Shown: positions 47,706 through 63,214, counted from the first letter of the stretch. The stretch: DNA of 64,000 nucleotides from Eledone cirrhosa (GCA_964016885.1 OZ024740.1:94612001-94676000); one strand, 5' to 3'. Notes: generated from the letters alone by a model not told the origin. Program-made: numbers and translations.

Positions 47706-48047
47706 TATTATCATTATTATCATTATTATTATCATCATCATTATCATCATCATTATCAGTATCCTCATCATATTAAAATGAACTTTCTGGAAAGAATACA
47801 TGATGACATTTATGAGTGCTGAATGCCGACACGGATAATTGTTGAAAGAATATCTGTGACAAAATTTTGAATTTCAGTATATTTTACACGAAATTTAAAT
47901 TATAAAACGTTAATGAATCCACTGACGTAATTAATGAAGCAAGTTATTGTTGATGAATTTACCACGTTCAAAACTACTCATGAGAACGAATCGAGGTTTT
48001 TGTGTCTTTATCGCTGCACAAACAGAATAAAAACCGTGTCCACGCGT

Positions 48048-48122
48048 ACACACATACATGCATACATATGCACACATACACACACATACACACACATACA
48101 CACACACACACAAGTGTATACG

Positions 48123-48158
<36 letters not shown>

Positions 48159-48159
48159 C

Positions 48160-48222
<63 letters not shown>

Positions 48223-48258
48223 TAGATATAGATATATATATATATATGTTTATATATT
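48048..48258. repeat. Compound (CA)/(TA)/(GA) microsatellite
   Basis: Direct reading. Confidence 0.9.
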
Positions 48259-51200
48259 TGAACTAAACAAAACAGTATACACGAAGCAAAATTACGGTTA
48301 TATTAGTTTCACTCTTATGCATATATGTATGTGTTTGTGTTTGTTTCTATACGTGTGTGACTATGTGTGTGTGGTAACCATAAAAAATGCCAACATTCAA
48401 TCACAACAAAATGAAAACTGACTAAATATGAATTAATGAAATATAGCTATTGGAATCAAATCATCAATATATGCATCATATTTATGGGCACCAATAAAAT
48501 CGGCAATTACTGCAGATCATGATATTCCTAAATTTTGGGGAATGATAAATCATTGATGTCATAACACGCAACAACTCACACTCATAACAAGGGTTCCTTA
48601 TCATTTAAATATAAATCCAGCAAACTAAAGGGAAATTAACCAGAGTATGTTTGAAAACATTAACAAGAAGCGTTAGATTTATACGACTCTGAAATATGTG
48701 ACAGGCGTCATGGTCGTTTGTCCTGTTAGAATGAACAACCAACCGTAAGTGAAAAAGAACATTTCATTTATACATACGCATTGGGTGATCATCTGTGAAA
48801 CACTTTATCGCATTGCTTCTCACTTGGAATTGCCATGAGGCTAGAAAAGCTGTAACAAAATGAAATGCAGAACTCCTAGAAAAGACAAATACAGTTTCAT
48901 CACAGATCGTAGAAATAAAACAACACATTTTGCAAATATTTCTTTTTAACGTAGGAAGAAGCCTGGCCGCAATAATTGTAAAATAAATTGAAGCAATTTT
49001 CTAAGATAATATAAACAATCTGCGGTAATAACTATCCAAGGCACAATTATTTATATTCTATTACTTGAAGAAATTCATTTCTACACCACAAATTCATATA
49101 ATATAAAACAAGCATTTGTTGCACCTCAAGACAGTACACTATGTTACGATAAGAGCCACATGTATCTTTAGGATTCATACTAGGCCCATGATTCTGAGTA
49201 GTTGTGAAAATTCACTATCTTTATCAAGACAATTGCATGCATACATCATACCAGTGCAATCCAATTTACAAAGTAGGAAATGAAAGCGTAAAACATAAAA
49301 ATAACAACTGAGAGGAAGATAAAATGTTTAGAATTTCACTAGAAAGAAAATCCGGTAGAGTTAACTTGTATCACTTACCAAATATGTGTTTAACTATGTC
49401 GGTTGTTCTTTTTGAAATCGTATCTTGAAATGAACTCCCCATCCATATATACCTCATTTATTCGAAGAATAATTATATAAAATTGTCGATAATATTATTC
49501 AATCAACATAAATGTCAATTTAATGAAATATCACACAGCTAACATTCTCACCCTACATTGCACACACACAGCCAGAACTAACTACACAAGTAAAGGTTTG
49601 AAATGCATCCTCCATGCTTTCATAACGTATATTTCAAAATATGCTCCTGCCTAATATTCTATCCCCTGCATATGATATAAGACATTCCCTGTAGTATAAC
49701 CGAATGTATTCTCTAGCAAAATATCGTAGGTATCTTCGGTAATCATGGCTTTCAGTCAATAGAATTTTATGTTCAAGCAATAACAATATTCATTAAAAAC
49801 AAAATACTAAGTCATTGGATCCCTCAAGTTGCAATACCATATTGGATTAATAATCGCATATTTTGAATATATATCTTGGTTCAAGCAAACAAATTATAGT
49901 TCGTAGCCTATAACAAATAGACATGTACCATGTCTGTTCATTATCTAGTTTATATATATGCTATGGCACGTTTTCTATTATACAAACACATAAAACTCAT
50001 CGTTCCTCTACAAAAGTTATATGGATATCAAACTCACATAACAAACTCATCTCCAAAAGCAACGTCAATTTTCCGTCCCCATATTCAACATTAAAGACCA
50101 TCCGAATAATGAAATGGACTTCTTGGGGAATGCCCCTTTGTTTTGAGTGTTATATATCGATAATCATTATGTCAAAATATGTAGCACACGTATGTCAATA
50201 TAACCAGTAGTAAACGAATGTATCTAATTTATTCCATTTTGCCGTATTTGTCCTAAACAGGTCTTGAAGGTGGTGAAGGCAAGTGACCAGACAAAATTAG
50301 GCCCTTCTCTTCCAAGGATGTAAATCCCTTATCTGGGACGTGACATGCTGTGACACTTTCACTGCTTCCAAACGTAGTTGGCTCGGCCACAAACCCAGGT
50401 ACGGCGGCTAGTAATGCAGTGGACAGGAAATCAAGCAAAAATCAGAGCTACTCCGGTAGCTTCCTCCTTGCATCTGTCACCGTCGGGACGCCAGGGTGTC
50501 ATCGGAACCCGGACATCTTACCTCATCCGTAAAATCGGAACGATTGCAGCCTCTCAGAGGAAGAAACCCCGGAGGTGGATTGGCTGTTGCAGAATGTATC
50601 CCTGGCCAATATCCACGGAAATGCCTTTGACATTTTGGTCGTGGGGACAGCCGAACCACCGCTCTGACCTAGGTGTATGGTCTGTCAATATTTCACTCTC
50701 ACACTTTTGTTCCTTAATCTAGTAGTCCCTTCTCTTCCCCATCATTTCCTTTCATTTATCGTATTTATAGCCCTTTTCAATGATGTTCGATTTTCCTGTA
50801 TGTTCATGTGGAATGCTATTTATACAACTTTTCATGTGTAATGCTATTTATAGAACTAGAAAAAATAATCAATTTAAACATAACAATAGTAAAATCATAT
50901 CCCAAAAGTGGGATAACACTATTTTATTAATCCATGAACTCTCCTGGAAAATGATATTGTACGCCACACATGTTAGTATTAAACCTTTCAAATATCGTTA
51001 TACATGTAATACGTGACATATTAGAGAGACTGAAATTACAAATAAACGTTTAATATTTATTATCTATTTAGAACGATTGTAATTATTTGACTGGATGGCA
51101 TCCATTTTTATCTGTTAATTGCCAACATTATTAATGTAACGTCTCTAGTAATATATTGTCTCTCGTTATGTAACTTCAATCATCAGCTTGATAAGGAAAT

Positions 51201-51631
51201 GCAACGTGATTGGTCTATTTATTTAAACACGGTTTTTGTCAAATAAATATACCTCAAGAGACATTCCACTTGCAGAAAATGCCACGCAGCGAGTTCGGTC
51301 TGCGAGGCTATGTTTAGTACAAACTCATTGATAATTCATATGCTTTAATAATGGTGCAAAATAAATTGCGTGTTTTTGTTTAAAATGTGTATCATATTTA
51401 AATAAATATTTACAAATGAATACCTCATTATAAGATAAACTTTAAATAAAGTGTAGTTTAATAAAACATTTATTTTCAAGAAAGTAAGCTTGAAAATAAT
51501 ATTTTGTATAAGCTATACATATGTATGGTGCATACGGATCGATTTTCGAGGTGTTTTATTACCCAAGCAATTGCAATTCAGCTAATGTTGTTGTTACTGT
51601 TGTTGGTTAGGATGGCATTGTTTTGTTGTTG

Positions 51632-51633
<2 letters not shown>

Positions 51634-51663
<30 letters not shown>

Positions 51664-51730
51664 CTTCTTCTTCTTCTTCTTCTTCTTCTTCTTCTTCTTC
51701 TTCTTCTTCTTCTTCTTCTTCTTCTTCTTC
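51634..51730. repeat. (CTT)n microsatellite
   Basis: Direct reading. Confidence 0.97.
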
Positions 51731-53926
51731 TCCTCTTTCTTTATTTTAGGCATATTTTTTCGTTCTGTGTAAACAATTTTCATACTGCTTCGCGTTACAA
51801 TATTGAAGTGAGTGGCTTTTGCATTGGCGGAAGCCATGTAACCCTTGTCAGTTGAGCCGATGCAATGTATCACGTATTTATATTGAACGTCACATTTTAT
51901 AACGTATAACACAACGTATTTGATTTTTATTTAATTTTATTTTATGCTATTGTGTATGATTTTGATTTTGATTATATTATGAATTATACTTCAAATATAA
52001 GTAATATATATCTCACCCTATTGGTTACCGGGCATTTTATGTATATTTGATAGAAATTCCTAAAATCATGTCCCAATAGGTTGGACATACCAGGAGGTTA
52101 ACCAAGGCACTACTTATTATCAATTTTACTTCTTTACTCTCTATTAATTAAACATTTATTTATCATCCTCAACAATTTACTTACATCTTAATATTTGATA
52201 GAGTTCTTTTGTACTACTAGGTTCTATACCTTAATTTTCTATATTCTAATATTTCCCATGTTCATCATATTTTACATTATAATCTATAAACTTATGATAT
52301 TTCATATATAATCTAATTTAAGCAACCCATTTGATTTAATACTAGCTACAGATTTGTATCATTTTTATTTTCAACTTTACCTAGAACAATCTAGTTGTAA
52401 TTGTATTGCTATTATCATTAAAATGTATTATTATGAGCATTATCTAGTTCACGCTACAGCATGTAATAAACTTATGATTGCTTTCTGAGTTTGTCATATT
52501 ACGGCAAATTTTCTTTCCTTCCCTTGGAATTAAGTAATTCATTAATTTCCCCTTCTTCAATATTTGAATATACTCAGTAGTGGGATCTTGTAGTAATGAA
52601 GAAGATTATTCCGTCAGTCTCAAATTTCATTTCCTAATATAATACACACACTCACATGCGTGAACTGAATTACCATTTAAACAAATAACTTTAACGAACC
52701 ACTTATATTAACATTATAATTTATTTTAAATGTTTATGTTGTTATCTATATTTAAATTATTTCTCCTTGGTGTATCTGTAGCAATTCACTTTTCTTAATA
52801 GCTTTAAACGCGATATTCCACACTACTTTTATGATTTTTATAATTTAATAGCACTAATAATACAGAGTTAAGTATCCCTAACTTTGTAGCACTATTTCTT
52901 TTTTGTTTAATAGCTTGGATGTATCTATGAACAGCAGAATTTCTCTCACCATCGAAAACACCCTGACTACTCGCAGTTGCGCCGACCTGACCGAAAATGC
53001 TTAGCATTGACGCGGGTGTTAATCAGTGATGGTTCATCGCATCAATAACACGGAATTCCGTAGCCATCTCAAGGTCACATATATTCTCTGTTTGTGTTAC
53101 TGTAATTCATTGTATTAAATTATTAATTATGTAATCCGCATTTGCCGTTGTCACCAATGTGTTGCTTCGTGGCCAAATGATGTAATTTGGACAATAAAAT
53201 ATGTATAGTGTTTTTGTTTTTTTTGCTAGTTAAAAATGTAAAACGACATACAGGGTCCGGTGGCCGTTGCTTTAAATGAATAGTTGTCTCCGTCCCTGTA
53301 TCAGCCGCGAGAATCAATGTCTATGAAGGATGAGCTACATAACGTCGAGTGATTTTCTCTTATGCATCACGTTTACTAATAGGAATGACCAAATCTACCC
53401 ATTGGTAAACCACAGACAGACACGCACATATATAGATATACATATATATACGTCCGATTTATATATATATTGTATATAAGTATATATATATATATTTAAA
53501 TATCGGAGTTTAAAACTCACGTTTATCATCTATAAATGTAATGAATTCAAGTGTTTAACTCTGTCTTTTAATATATCAGCGCCTAATTTATTTCTGTATG
53601 TAAGTAGAGCCTCTTAAGTTGAATTGTTGTAATCAGGTTTTTTGGCGGTTTTATGGTCTTTTCACACCACCATGGGCTATATAACGCCCGTGATTTATCT
53701 GTACATAATGTGCGTATTTAAATTTTTGAAATAATTTAGAAGTGCTTAGCATATTGTACACCAATATCTTTTATGTGGCAAAACATACTCTGATTAGACC
53801 ATATAAGGCGTAATGGTGATTATTGGATGGTTAGTACATTTTGATTTATTGTTTGAATTCATCTGTATTCTTCTTTCCTTTTGTAGACGAAATGTTATTC
53901 AGTCTGCTGGTTTTCTATCCCCTATA

Positions 53927-56900
53927 ATATATAGGCTTTGTCTTAGTAACTTTGTGGTTCAATGCATGGGGATGCAGAACAATAATATGAGAGACGTAAA
54001 ATAAGAAAATTATAAAATTAACTTACTTAATAAAATGTCACTCCAACTAATTAGTTTTTGAAAGGGAATAAACATACTTTCCGAAGAAACGTACGGAGAA
54101 GCCTTTCGTCATCAGGGAAGTCTATTCTCAGGTAAGTTTCCAGGCAATACGTGGACACAGGGAACTTATTAAAAATAATTCAGTGGATGGAAAAAAGCAA
54201 AGCCTGGACCAAATTCCAAGCCATTGAGAAAATCACTGACTACCGCGTCGGTGGCAAATTCAAAAGAATCAATCACGTGACATCGAGGGCAATCGGTGAA
54301 GAGAGGTTTGTTAAGAAGACAGCGGCCGGATCGTTACTAAAGTAGTAGTTTTGGCAAATTTTTGCTCGACAAATAATTTGGAGATAATTATTAATAATTC
54401 GTATATCTAATAACATATATATACACAGATGCATACTTATGCTAGCAAATATATAGGTTTTGTCTTAGTAACTTTGTGGTTCAATGCATGGGGATGCAGA
54501 ACAATAATATGAGAGACGTAAAATAAGAAAATTATAAAATTAACTTACTTACTTAAATTTCACTCCAACTAATTAGTTTCTGAAAGGGAATAAACATACT
54601 TTCCGAAGAAACGTACGGAGAAGCATTTCGTCATCAGGGAAGTCTATTCTCAGCTAAGTTTCCAGGCAATACGTGGACACAGGGAACTTATCAAAAATAA
54701 TTCAGTGAATGGAAAAAAGCAAAGCCTGGACTAAATTCCAAGCCATTGAGAAAATCACTGACTACTGCGTCGGTGGCAAATTCAAAAGAATCAATCACGT
54801 GACGTCGCGGTCAATCGGTGAAGAGTGGTTTGTTAAGAAGACAGCGGCCGGACTGTTACTAAAGTAGCAGTTATGGCAAATTTTCGCTCGACAAATAATT
54901 TGGAGATATTTATAAAGAATTCGTATATCTAATAACATATATATACATAGATGCATACTTATGCTAGCAAATATATAGGTTTTGTCTTAGTAACTTTGTG
55001 GTTCAATGCATGGGGATGTAGAACAATAACATGAGAGACGTAAAATAAGAAAATTATAAAATTAACTTACTTACTTAAATTTCACTCCAACTAATTAGTT
55101 TCTGAAAGGGAATAAACATACTTCCGAAGAAACGTACGGAGAAGCCTTTCGTCATCAAGGAAATCTATTCTCAGCAAAGTTTCCAGGCAATACGTGGACA
55201 CAAGGAACTTATTAAAAATAATTCAGTGGATGGAAAAAAGCAAAGCGTGGACTAAATTACAAGCCATTGAGAAAATCACTGCCTACTGCGTCGGTGGCAA
55301 ATTCAAAAGAATCAATCACGTGGCATCGAGGTCGTTCGGCGAAGAGAGGTTTGTTAAGAAGACAGCGGCCGGATTGTTACTAAAGTAGCAGTTTTGGCCA
55401 AGTTTTTGCTCGACAAATAATTTGGAAATATTTATAAAAATTCGTATATCTAATAACATATATATACATAGATGCATACTTATGCTAGCAAATATATACG
55501 TTTTGTCTTAGTAACTTTGTGGTTCAATGCATGGGGATGCAGAACAATAACATGAGAGACGTAAAATTATAAAATTATAAAATTAACTTACATACTAAAA
55601 TTTCACTCCAACTAATTAGTTTCTGAAAGGGAATACACATACTTCCGAAGAAACGTACGGAGAAGCCTTTCGTCATCAGGGAAATCTATTATCAGCTAAG
55701 TTTCCAGGCAATACGTGGACACAAGGAACTTATTAAAAATAATTCAGTGGATGGAAAAAAGCAAAGCGTGGACTAAATTACAAGCCATTGAGAAGATCAC
55801 TGCCTACCGCGTCGGTGGCAAATTCAAAAGAATCAATCACGTGACATCGATGTCAATCGGTGAAGAGTGATTTGTTAAGGAGACAGCAGCCGGACTGTTA
55901 CTAGAGTAGCAGTGTTGGCCAATTTTTGCTCGACAAATAATTTGGAGATAATTATAAATAATTCGTATATCTAATAACATATATATACACAGATGCATAT
56001 TTATGCTAGCAAATATATAGGTTTTGTCTTAACAACTTTGTGGTTCAATGCATGGGTATGCAGAACAATAATATGAGAGACGTAAAATTTGAAAATTATA
56101 AACTTAACTTACATACTAAAATTTCACTCCAACTAATTAGTTTCTGAAAGGGAATAAACATACTTCCGAAGAAACGTACGGAGAAGCCTTTCGTCATCAA
56201 GGAAATCTATTCTCAGCTAAGTTTCCAGGCAATACGTGGACACAAGGAACTTATTAAAAATAATTCAGTGGATGGAAAAAAGCAAAGCGTGGACTAAATT
56301 ACAAGCCATTGAGAAAATCACTGCCTACTGCGTCGGTGGCAAATTCAAAAGAATCAATCACGTGACGTCGCGGTCAATCGGTGAAGAGTGGTTTGTTAAG
56401 GAGACAGCGGCCGGACTGTTACTAAAGGAGCAGTTTTGGCCAATTTTTGCTCGACAAATAATTTGGAGATAATTATAAATAATTAGTATATCTAATAAAA
56501 TATATATACACAGATGCATACATATACTGGCAAATATATAGGTTTTGTCTTAGTAACTTTGTGGTTCAATGCATGGGGATGCAGAACAATAATATGAGAG
56601 ACGTAAAATAAGAAAATTATAAAATTAACTTACTTACTTAAATTTAACTCCAACTAATTAGTTTCTGAAAGGGAATGAACATACTTTCCGAAGAAACGTA
56701 CGGAGAAGCATTTCGTCATCAGGGAAGTCTATACTCAGCTAAGTTTCCAGGCAATACGTGGACACAGGGAACTTATTAAACATAATTCAGTGGATGGAAA
56801 AAAGCAAGGCGTGGACTACATTCCAAGCCATTGAGAAAATCACTGTCTACCGCGTCGGTGGCAAATTCAAAAGAATCAATCACGTGACATCGAGGTCAAT

Positions 56901-59900
56901 CGGTGAAGAGTGGTTTGTTAAGAAGTCAGCGGCCGGACAGTTACTAAAGGAGAATTTTTGGCAAATTTTTGCTCGACAAATAATTTGGAGATAATTATAA
57001 AGAATTCGTATATCTAATAACATATATATACACAGATGCATACTTATGCTAGCAAATATATACGTTTTGTCTTAGTAACTTTGTGGTTCAATGCATGGGG
57101 ATGTAGAACAATAATATGAGAGATGTAAAATTATAAAATTATAAAATTAACTTAATTACTAAAATTTCACTCCAACTAATTTGTTTCTGAAAGGGAATAA
57201 ACATACTTCCCGAAGAAATGTACGGAGAAGCCTTTCGTCATCAGGGAATTCTATTCTCAGCTAAGTTTCCAGGCAATACGTGGACACAGGGAACTTATTA
57301 AAAATAATTAAGTGGATAGAAAAAGCAAGGCGTGGACTAAATTCCAAGCCATTGAGAAAATCACTGCCTACCCCGTCGGTGGCAAATTCAAAAGAATCAA
57401 TCACGTGACATCGAGGGCAATCGGTGAAGAGTGGTTTGTTAAGAAGACAGCGGCCAGACTGTTACTAAAGTAGAATTTTTGGCAAATTTTTGCTCGACAA
57501 ATAATTTGGAGATAATTATAAAGAATTCGTATATCTAATAACATATATATACACAGATGCATACTTATGCTAGCAAATATATAGGTTTTGTCTTAGTAAC
57601 TTTGTGGTTCAATGCACAGGGATGCAGAACAATAATATGAGAGACGTAAAATTAGAAAATTGTAAAATTAACTTAATTACTAAAATTTCACTCCAACTAA
57701 TTAGTTTCTGAAAGGGAATAAACATACTTCCCGAAGAAACGTACGGAGAAGCCTTTCGTCATCAGGGAATTCTATTGTCAGCTAAGTTTCCAGGCAATAC
57801 GTGGACACAGGGAACTTATTAAAAATAATTCAGTGGATGGAAAAAGCAAGGCGTGGACTAAATTCCAAGCCATTGAGAAAATCAATGCCTACCGCGTCGG
57901 TGGCAAATTCAAAAGAATCAATCACGTGACATCGATGTCAATCGGTGAAGAGTGGTTTGTTAAGGAGACAGCAGCCGGACTGTTACTAAAGTAGCAGTTT
58001 TGGCCAATTTTTGCTCGACAAATAATTTGGAGATAATTATAAATAATTAGTATATCTAATAACATATATATACACATATGCATACTTATGCAAGCAAATA
58101 TATAGGTTTCGTCTTAATAACTTTGTGGTTCAATGCATGGGGATGCAGAACAATAATATGAGAGACGTAAAATAAGAAAATTATTAAATTAACTTACTTA
58201 CTAAAATTTCACTCCAACTAATTAGTTTCTGAAAGGGAATAAACATACTTCCGAAGAAACGTACGGAGAAGCCTTTCGTCATCAGGGAAGGCTATTCTCA
58301 GCTAAGTTTCCAGGCAATACGTGGACACAGGGAACTTATTAAACATAATTCAGTGGATGGAAAAAAGCAAGGCGTGGACTACATTCCAAGCCATTGAGAA
58401 AATCACTGTCTACCGCGTCGGTGGCAAATTCAAAAGAATCAATCACGTGACATCGAGGTCAATCGGTGAAGAGTGGTTTGTTAAGAAGCCAGCGGCCGGA
58501 CAGTTACTAAAGGAGAATTTTTGGCAAATTTTTGCTCGACAAATAATTTGGAGATAATTATAAAGAATTCGTATATCTAATAACATATATATACACAGAT
58601 GCATACTTATGCTAGCAAATATATACGTTTTGTCTTAGTAACTTTGTGGTTCAATGCATGGGGATGTAGAACAATAATATGAGAGATGTAAAATTATAAA
58701 ATTATAAAATTAACTTAATTACTAAAATTTCACTCCAACTAATTTGTTTCTGAAAGGGAATAAACATACTTCCCGAAGAAATGTACGGAGAAGCCTTTCG
58801 TCATCAGGGAATTCTATTCTCAGCTAAGTTTCCAGGCAATACGTGGACACAGGGAACTTATTAAAAATAATTAAGTGGATAGAAAAAGCAAGGCGTGGAC
58901 TAAATTCCAAGCCATTGAGAAAATCACTGCCTACCCCGTCGGTGGCAAATTCAAAAGAATCAATCACGTGACATCGAGGGCAATCGGTGAAGAGTGGTTT
59001 GTTAAGAAGACAGCGGCCGGACTGTTACTAAAGTAGAATTTTTGGCAAATTTTTGCTCGACAAATAATTTGGAGATAATTATAAAGAATTCGTATATCTA
59101 ATAACATATATATACACAGATGCATACTTATGCTAGCAAATATATAGGTTTTGTCTTAGTAACTTTGTGGTTCAATGCACAGGGATGCAGAACAATAATA
59201 TGAGAGACGTAAAATTAGAAAATTGTAAAATTAACTTAATTACTAAAATTTCACTCCAACTAATTAGTTTCTGAAAGGGAATAAACATACTTCCCGAAGA
59301 AACGTACGGAGAAGCCTTTCGTCATCAGGGAATTCTATTCTCAGCTAAGTTTCCAGGCAATACGTGGACACAGGGAACTTATTAAAAATAATTAAGTGGA
59401 TGGAAAAAGCAAGGCGTGGACTAAATTCCAAGCCATTGAGAAAATCACTGCCTACTGCGTCGGTGGCAAATTCAAAAGAATCAATCACATGACATCGAGG
59501 TCGTTCGGTGAAGAGAGGTTTGTTAAGAAGACAGCGGCCGGATTGTTACTAAAGTAGCAGTTTTGGCCTAGTTTTTGCTCGACAAATAATTTGGAGTTAA
59601 TTATAAAGAATTAGTATATCTAATAACATATATATACACAGATGCATACTTATGCTAGCAAATATATAGGTTTTGTCTTAGTAACTTTGTGGTTCAATGC
59701 ATGGGGAAGCAGAACAATAATATGAGAGACGTAAAATTATAAAATTATAAAATTAACTTAATTACTAAAATTTCACTCCAACTAATTAGTTTCTGAAAGG
59801 GAATAAACATACTTCCCGAAGAAACGTACGGAGAAGCCTTTCGTCATCAGGGAAGACTATTCTCAGATAAGTTTCCAGGCAATACGTGGACACAGGGAAC

Positions 59901-62123
59901 TTAGTAAAAATAATTCAGTGGATGGAAAAAAGCAAGGCGTGGACTACATTCCAAGCCATTGAGAAAATCACTGTATACCGCGTCGGTGGCAAATTCAAAA
60001 GAATCAATCACGTGACATCGAGGTCAATCGGTGAAGAGTGGTTTGTTAAGGAGACAGCGGCCGGACTGTTACTAAAGTAGCAGTTTTCGCAAATTTTTGT
60101 TCGACAAATAATTTGGAGATAATTATAAATAATTAGTATATCTAATAAAATATATATACACAGATGCATACATATACTAGCAAATATATAGGTTTTGTCT
60201 TAATAACGTTGTGGTTCAATGCATGGGGATGCAGAACAATAATATGAGAGACGTAAAATAAGAAAATTATAAAATTAACTTACTTACTTAAATTTCACTC
60301 CAACTAATTAGTTTCTGAAAGGGAATAAACATACTTTCCGAAGAAACGTACGGAGAAGCATTTCGTCATCAGGGAAGTCTATACTCAGCTAAGTTTCCAG
60401 GCAATACGTGGACACAGGGAACTTATTAAAAATAATTCAGTGGATGGAAAAAAGCAAGGCGTGGGCTACATTCCAAGCCATTGAGAAAATCACTGTCTAC
60501 CGCGTCGGTGGCAAATTGAAAAGAATCAATCACGTGACATCGAGGGCAATCGGTGAAGAGTGGTTTGTTAAGAAGACAGCGGCCGGACTGTTACTAAAGT
60601 AGAATTTTTGCAAATTTTTGCTCGACGAATAATTTGGAGATAATTATAAAGAATTCGTATATCTAATAACATATATATACACAGATGCATACTTATGCTA
60701 GCAAATATATAGGTTTTGTCTTAGTAACTTTGTGGTTCAATGCACAGGGATGCAGAACAATAATATGAGAGACGTAAAATTATAAAATTATAAAATTAAC
60801 TTAATTACTAAAATTTCACTCCAACTAATTAGTTTCTGAAAGGGAATAAACATACTTCCCGAAGAAACGTACGGAGAAGCCTTTCGTCATCAGGGAAGTC
60901 TATTCTCAGCTAAGTTTCCAGGCAATACGTGGACACAGGGAACTTAATAAAAATAATTCAGTGAATGGAAAAAGCAAGGCGTGGACTAAATTCCAAGCCA
61001 TTGAGAAAATCACTGCCTACCGCGTCGGTGGCAAATTCAAAAGAATCAATCACGTGACATCGATGTCAATCGGTGAAGAGTGGTTTGTTAAGGAGACAGC
61101 AGCCGGACTGTTACTAAAGTAGCAGTTTTGGCCAATTTTTGCTCGACAAATAATTTGGAGATAATTATAAATAATTAGTATATCTAATAACATATATATA
61201 CACATATGCATACTTATGCTAGCAAATATATAGGTTTCGTCTTAATAACTTTGTGGTTCAATGCATGGGGATGCAGAACAATAATATGAGAGACGTAAAA
61301 TAAGAAAATTATTAAATTAACTTACTTACTAAAATTTCACTCCAACTAATTAGTTTCTGAAAGGGAATAAACATACTTCCCGAAGAAACGTACGGAGAAG
61401 CCTTTTGTCATCAGGGAATTCTATTCTCAGCTAAGTTTCCAGGCAATACGTGGACACAGGGAACTTATTAAAAATAATTCAGTGGATGGAAAAAAGCAAA
61501 GCTTGGACTAAATTCCAAGCCATTGAGAAAATCACTGCCTACTGCTTTAGTGGCAAATTCAAAAGAATCAATCACGTGACATCGCGGTCAATCTGTGAAG
61601 AGAGGTTTGTTAAGATGAAGCGGCCGGAGTGTTACTAACGTAGCAGTTTTGGCCAAGTTTGCTCGACAAATAATTTGGAGATAATTATAAAGAATTAGTA
61701 TATCTAGTAACATATATATCCACAGATGCATACTTATGCTAGCAAATATATAGGTTATGTCTTAGTAACTTTGTGGTTCAATGCATGGGGATGCAGAACA
61801 ATAATATGAGAGACGTAAAATAAGAAAATGATAAAATTAACTTACTTACTAAAATTTCACTCCAACTAATTAGTTTCCGAAAGGGAATAAACATACTTTC
61901 CGAAGAAACTTACGGAGAAGCCTTTCGTCACCAGGGAAGTCTATTCTCAGCTAAGTTTCCAGGCAATACGTGGACACAGGGAAGTTATTAAAAATAATTC
62001 AGTAGATGGAAAAAAGCAAAGCGTGGACTATATTCCAAGCTATTGAGAAAATCACTGCCTACTGCGTCGGTCGCAAATTCAAAAGAATCAATCACGTGAC
62101 ATCGAGGTCGTTCGGTGAAGAGT
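53927..62123. repeat. Tandem satellite array, ~521-bp unit, ~15.7 copies
   Basis: The motif GTCTTAGTAACTTTGTGGTTCAATGCA recurs every 520-523 bp (~53940, 54462, 54984 ... 61759). Units differ by scattered substitutions. Confidence 0.97.
54066..54127 (-). ncRNA. Candidate minimal hammerhead-like motif in the satellite unit (first copy shown; present at the equivalent position of the other units)
   Basis: Minus strand reads GAATAGAC-TTCC-CTGATGA-C-GAAA-GG cttctccgtacgttt CT-TC-GGAA-agtat-GTTTATTC. Stem II is replaced by a single C. Confidence 0.5.
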
Positions 62124-62520
<397 letters not shown>

Positions 62521-62634
62521 TTCATAAATGAACACTGGCGAGAGTTTCAAGACAGTAAATAATCATTTGTACTCCACCAACACGCTAAAATAGAACATAA
62601 GTGTAAATTAGAGAACATAGAAATAAAAATAGAT

Positions 62635-63212
62635 TCTACTCACAGAATAGACGCAATCTTTAGACAAATCACAGAGGCAATAAACATAGATGAACTCGAA
62701 CCACCATTAAATAGAAAACATGAATGGAATAGCCACATCACAACTTACAATTAAGGACAAAATGAAAACACACACACACATAGAACAAACAACCAACCAG
62801 TAACATGTAAATAAATAAATAAATAAATAAACAAATATAATCACACACAGATACCCGGATGTAACACATGCCCAAACTAAGCACACAGTACACACAAAAA
62901 CAAGATGGCGTAGAACAGAGCAAAGGAGAGGCACAAAAACAAAGAAAAGAATCCCGAGTCACTGAATCGGTCACATAATGTGTGACGAAAGAACTTTGAC
63001 AATATATGAACAATCGTCTGGTTGTGGAACCAACAACCAACCGGACATTTATAATTTCCTAACTTTATTAACTTAATGTACAATAAATTGAAGTCTGTGA
63101 AAGCAACTGGCTCGGGTGTTTCTTATTGGCAACATTACCCTCCCAAAGCATAACAAATATCGGTTTCAACACACGTTTTCAGATAAATAATCTTGCTAAA
63201 CAAATTCACAAG

Positions 63213-63214
<2 letters not shown>
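62635..63214 (-). mobile_element. Copy of the non-coding dispersed repeat seen at 2187-2760
   Basis: Reverse-complement similarity over ~580 bp, with the same start directly after (TA)n (TATATCG...). Confidence 0.8.

Noticed and set aside
54151-61638. Repeated 62-78 aa ORF 'MDTGNLLKIIQWMEK...' in the satellite units
   Set aside because: It has a GTG start, no recognisable domain, and is broken by stops or frameshifts in about half the units.
53927-62123. Array as CRISPR, 5S rDNA, snRNA or tRNA gene cluster
   Set aside because: There are no unique spacers, and no recognisable 5S, U-snRNA or tRNA sequence or A/B boxes in the unit.
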